Positions 24,245-26,239 of a DNA stretch of 26,239 nt are shown here, one piece after another. Numbering within the stretch: the first letter of the stretch is position 1; each line of letters begins with the position of its first letter. The notes beneath the pieces are model-generated. The model saw only the letters and a program-made list of their open reading frames with translations. It was not told where the DNA came from and ran no database searches. The DNA is from a virus, in IMG/VR virus record IMGVR_UViG_3300032030_000014, positions 131,919-158,157 of that record. One strand, given 5' to 3'. The translations under genes and the position numbers were made by a program.

Positions 24245-25309
24245 TTAAGTTATAGACTTTTGCCCAGATTTAGCATTTCTACAAGATTTGCATATACTGT
24301 AAAAGCCATCTTTACTGGTTTTGTTTTTACTGAAATATTTATTATGAGCTAATTTAATTTGCCCACAACGACTACATCTTTTATACCGACCTTTTTGAAT
24401 ATTTAAATAATACCAAGATAAATATTCATCCTCAGCCGCAGATGCGATTAATTTAGGTATTTTATTTCTCCATAAACTTGAAATATATTCTACACTATGT
24501 TTTATACCAAATTCCTACTATAATATTTCTTGTATATCTATATTTTGCAATCCATCTATTTTACATTCTAATAATCGCATATATAAGGGATAAGGTTCTA
24601 AGGCTTTATCGCAAATTGTTTCAAAATCATAAAGCATATACCAAGTATCACCTTCAAATTTATCCCAAGTGTCTTGTTTTAAACGAGAATAATTACAAAG
24701 AATTGCTTCGCAAACTTTAGGGTCCATTAATGAGAGTCCTTCTGGAATTGGATAACCTTCATCATCAAAATCTTTTGTTTTATCAATTAATTCTATAAAA
24801 TGTGTTGAACGAGTAATTTTATTAAATATAATAGGACATCTATAACCATTTTTTATAACATATTGGTCTTTACGCATTTCAATTAAGGCTTTTTTCATTA
24901 CAAACTTGTCTTTTCCTTCAACAGTCTTTAACTTTGCTTCCCAAATATCAATGGTTTCTTTTAACTATTTAAGTAATGGTATTTCTTCTAAATCTTTTTC
25001 GGTTATCTTTACTTTTGGCTAAAAAATTGTCTATTTGTTTTCTGTAATTAAATTATAAATTCCATCTTCGCCATTTTCAAGTTGAGCAACAAGACCTTCA
25101 AAGGAAGTCTCTCGTTTATTTACTGTAGTCATTCGATTTTCAGTAAGAATTTTTTTCTCCTTTTTCTCTTGCTTCTCCATAGCAAAAATAAGATAGTCTG
25201 CTAAAATCTCTAAATATTTTTCATTAGGATTAGGATTTTCTTCTAAAATTTTCTAAACTAACTCATTTCTTTCTTCTGGAGAAGTTAAAGTGTAATCAAG
25301 TTTAATCAT
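24245..25309 (-). CDS. Hypothetical protein with a C-terminal C4 Zn ribbon (354 aa, 6 in-frame TAG). First gene downstream of the leftward promoter, so it could be a regulator or DNA-binding protein.
   Basis: ATG at 25309 with a GGAGG site. The frame runs continuously through standard-code ORF 24518..24898 and the TAG pair at 24518 and 24515 to TAA at 24245-24247. The C-terminus reads RCSRCGQIKLAHNKYFSKNKTSKDGFYSICKSCRN. Confidence 0.5.
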
Positions 25310-25338
25310 TTATTTCTTACCTCCAGTCTTCTAATTGA

Positions 25339-25367
25339 ATTATACTAAAAATTTTTTCTTTTGTCAA
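25339..25367 (-). promoter_or_regulatory. Consensus sigma70/sigmaA promoter for the leftward (structural-module) transcript.
   Basis: The minus strand reads TTGACA (rc of 25362-25367), a 17-nt spacer, then TATAAT (rc of 25339-25344). The predicted TSS is about 23 nt upstream of the ATG at 25309 and includes the GGAGG site. Confidence 0.6.
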
Positions 25368-25373
25368 GGACAA
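25361..25373. promoter_or_regulatory. Palindromic candidate operator TTGTC-AAG-GACAA between the divergent promoters, overlapping the leftward -35.
   Basis: Perfect 5-bp inverted repeat with a 3-bp spacer. It overlaps the -35 of the leftward promoter and lies 13 bp upstream of the rightward -35. Confidence 0.35.
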
Positions 25374-25385
25374 ATCCTATTAAAA

Positions 25386-25414
25386 TTGACTTTTTATAAA
25401 AATTTTTTTATAAT
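25386..25414 (+). promoter_or_regulatory. Consensus sigma70/sigmaA promoter for the rightward operon.
   Basis: TTGACT (25386-25391), a 17-nt spacer, then TATAAT (25409-25414). An AAAGGTGGGGG site follows at 25431-25441, with the ATG at 25447. Confidence 0.6.
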
Positions 25415-25446
25415 TATTATAGAAATAATAAAAGGTGGGGGATTTT

Positions 25447-25986
25447 ATGGTTATCACTATTATATCACTTGGTATCATATTATTTATATCTATAGTATTT
25501 AATATATTCATTTTAAAACTTCTTAATAGAAGTTTAGATACAATTATAACTTTAAACAATAATTTTGAAGAACTGGAATTTATGGAAGGAATTGCGGATA
25601 TTCCAGAAGAGAAGGTATTACAAAAATTTGAAGATGCAACTTTATTTTGTAATACTGTGCCTATAAAAACTGACGAGGTGCTTCAAATTTACGACACCTC
25701 TCTATATTTGAAAAATAAAGTAATTGGATTAACGTATTTTGTCCCAGAACAGGATTTAACCGACATCAAAAACGATTTACAATTAAAACGCAAAGACATA
25801 GAAAAACACATACGACAAAAATTAGCAGAGCAGCAAATAGAAGTAACAGCACAGGAATTTGAAGAAATTATGATGAACGCAATGGAGCAAGCCCAAGCCG
25901 CAATAGTTCCACTCTTGCCGCATTGTACGGTTTATCAATTGACGGATGGAAGATGGCTTTGGCGCAAGGAGGAAAGTGATGGCTAA
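25447..25986 (+). CDS. Small membrane-anchored protein with an N-terminal TM helix and a soluble coiled-coil-like domain (179 aa, no TAG).
   Basis: ATG at 25447 after a strong ribosome-binding site. The hydrophobic stretch VITIISLGIILFISIVFNIFILKLL is followed by charged residues. Stop is TAA at 25984-25986. The ORF track's GTG start at 25435 is less likely than this ATG. Confidence 0.55.
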   Translation: MVITIISLGIILFISIVFNIFILKLLNRSLDTIITLNNNFEELEFMEGIADIPEEKVLQKFEDATLFCNTVPIKTDEVLQIYDTSLYLKNKVIGLTYFVPEQDLTDIKNDLQLKRKDIEKHIRQKLAEQQIEVTAQEFEEIMMNAMEQAQAAIVPLLPHCTVYQLTDGRWLWRKEESDG

Positions 25987-26239
25987 AGACTACTTTGATT
26001 TGTATTGTGATACCTTCGGTATCACTGACCCATTCCAAGAGTCGCAGGAAAGATTTAATAGGAAAACCACAAAACATTTTACTCCTTCTGGGGGAGAATA
26101 TTGGGAAGTAGATATTACAAAGACGGCAGAAGATTTGGCTTGGGAGAAAGAATGGGAAAAGAGAAGAGATGAATACTTGCGGCTGGAGCATGTTTTCCGC
26201 CTTTGGGAATTTCACGACAGATTGAGTTGGGATGATTTT
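25979..26239 (+). CDS. Hypothetical protein, N-terminal 87 codons, continuing past the window end.
   Basis: The ATG at 25979 overlaps the upstream stop (ATGGCTAA) and follows a GGAGGAAAG site, so it is translationally coupled. The frame is open to 26239. Confidence 0.5.
   Translation, partial: MAKDYFDLYCDTFGITDPFQESQERFNRKTTKHFTPSGGEYWEVDITKTAEDLAWEKEWEKRRDEYLRLEHVFRLWEFHDRLSWDDF

Noticed and set aside
1-25309. Reading the stop-riddled genes as a decaying prophage or pseudogenes.
   Set aside because: Every interruption examined is TAG, never TAA or TGA. Frames are preserved over kilobases. Genes have proper ribosome-binding sites and end cleanly at TAA or TGA. Random decay would give mixed stop types and indels.
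25868-26215. Minus-strand 115-aa ORF at the right end.
   Set aside because: It is antisense to two well-supported plus-strand genes, has no ribosome-binding site, and the leftward promoter lies downstream of it.
1-26239. CRISPR array, DGR (template/variable repeats plus reverse transcriptase) or integrase.
   Set aside because: No regularly spaced direct repeats, no reverse-transcriptase-like ORF and no recombinase were found. Tail-fibre genes, where a DGR target would lie, are outside the window.

Overview
This window is almost entirely the minus-strand structural and packaging module of a tailed, siphovirus-like phage with low GC and strong GGAGG-type ribosome-binding sites, so the host is probably a Firmicute. 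Read from high to low coordinates, the gene order is: a 354-aa Zn-ribbon protein; a 413-aa Zn-ribbon protein translationally coupled to the large terminase (a terminase small subunit candidate); the large terminase; a free-standing Vsr/DUF559-like endonuclease; portal; a 522-aa head-maturation/scaffold fusion; a 354-aa head protein; the major capsid protein; five small head-tail genes; the major tail protein; a 370-aa protein; a tail-assembly chaperone; and a tape measure gene that is still open at position 1 (more than 2,750 codons). At the right end, two back-to-back consensus sigma70-type promoters flank a palindromic candidate operator, and a divergent plus-strand operon begins with a small membrane-anchored protein. 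The standard-code ORF track breaks almost every gene into pieces. Every interruption I checked is a TAG codon, and the reading frame is kept across all of them, including over the roughly 8.2 kb tape measure gene. Genes end only at TAA or TGA. The phage therefore reads TAG as a sense codon, most plausibly glutamine as in genetic code 15. TAG use is very uneven. It occurs at a few percent of codons in the tape measure, terminase, portal and neck genes. It is nearly absent from a GC-richer block holding the scaffold C-terminus, the 354-aa head protein, the capsid protein and two downstream genes, and is rare in the major tail protein. Three stem-loop terminators follow the chaperone, major tail protein and capsid genes. 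No tRNA, CRISPR array, DGR or integrase is visible in this window.
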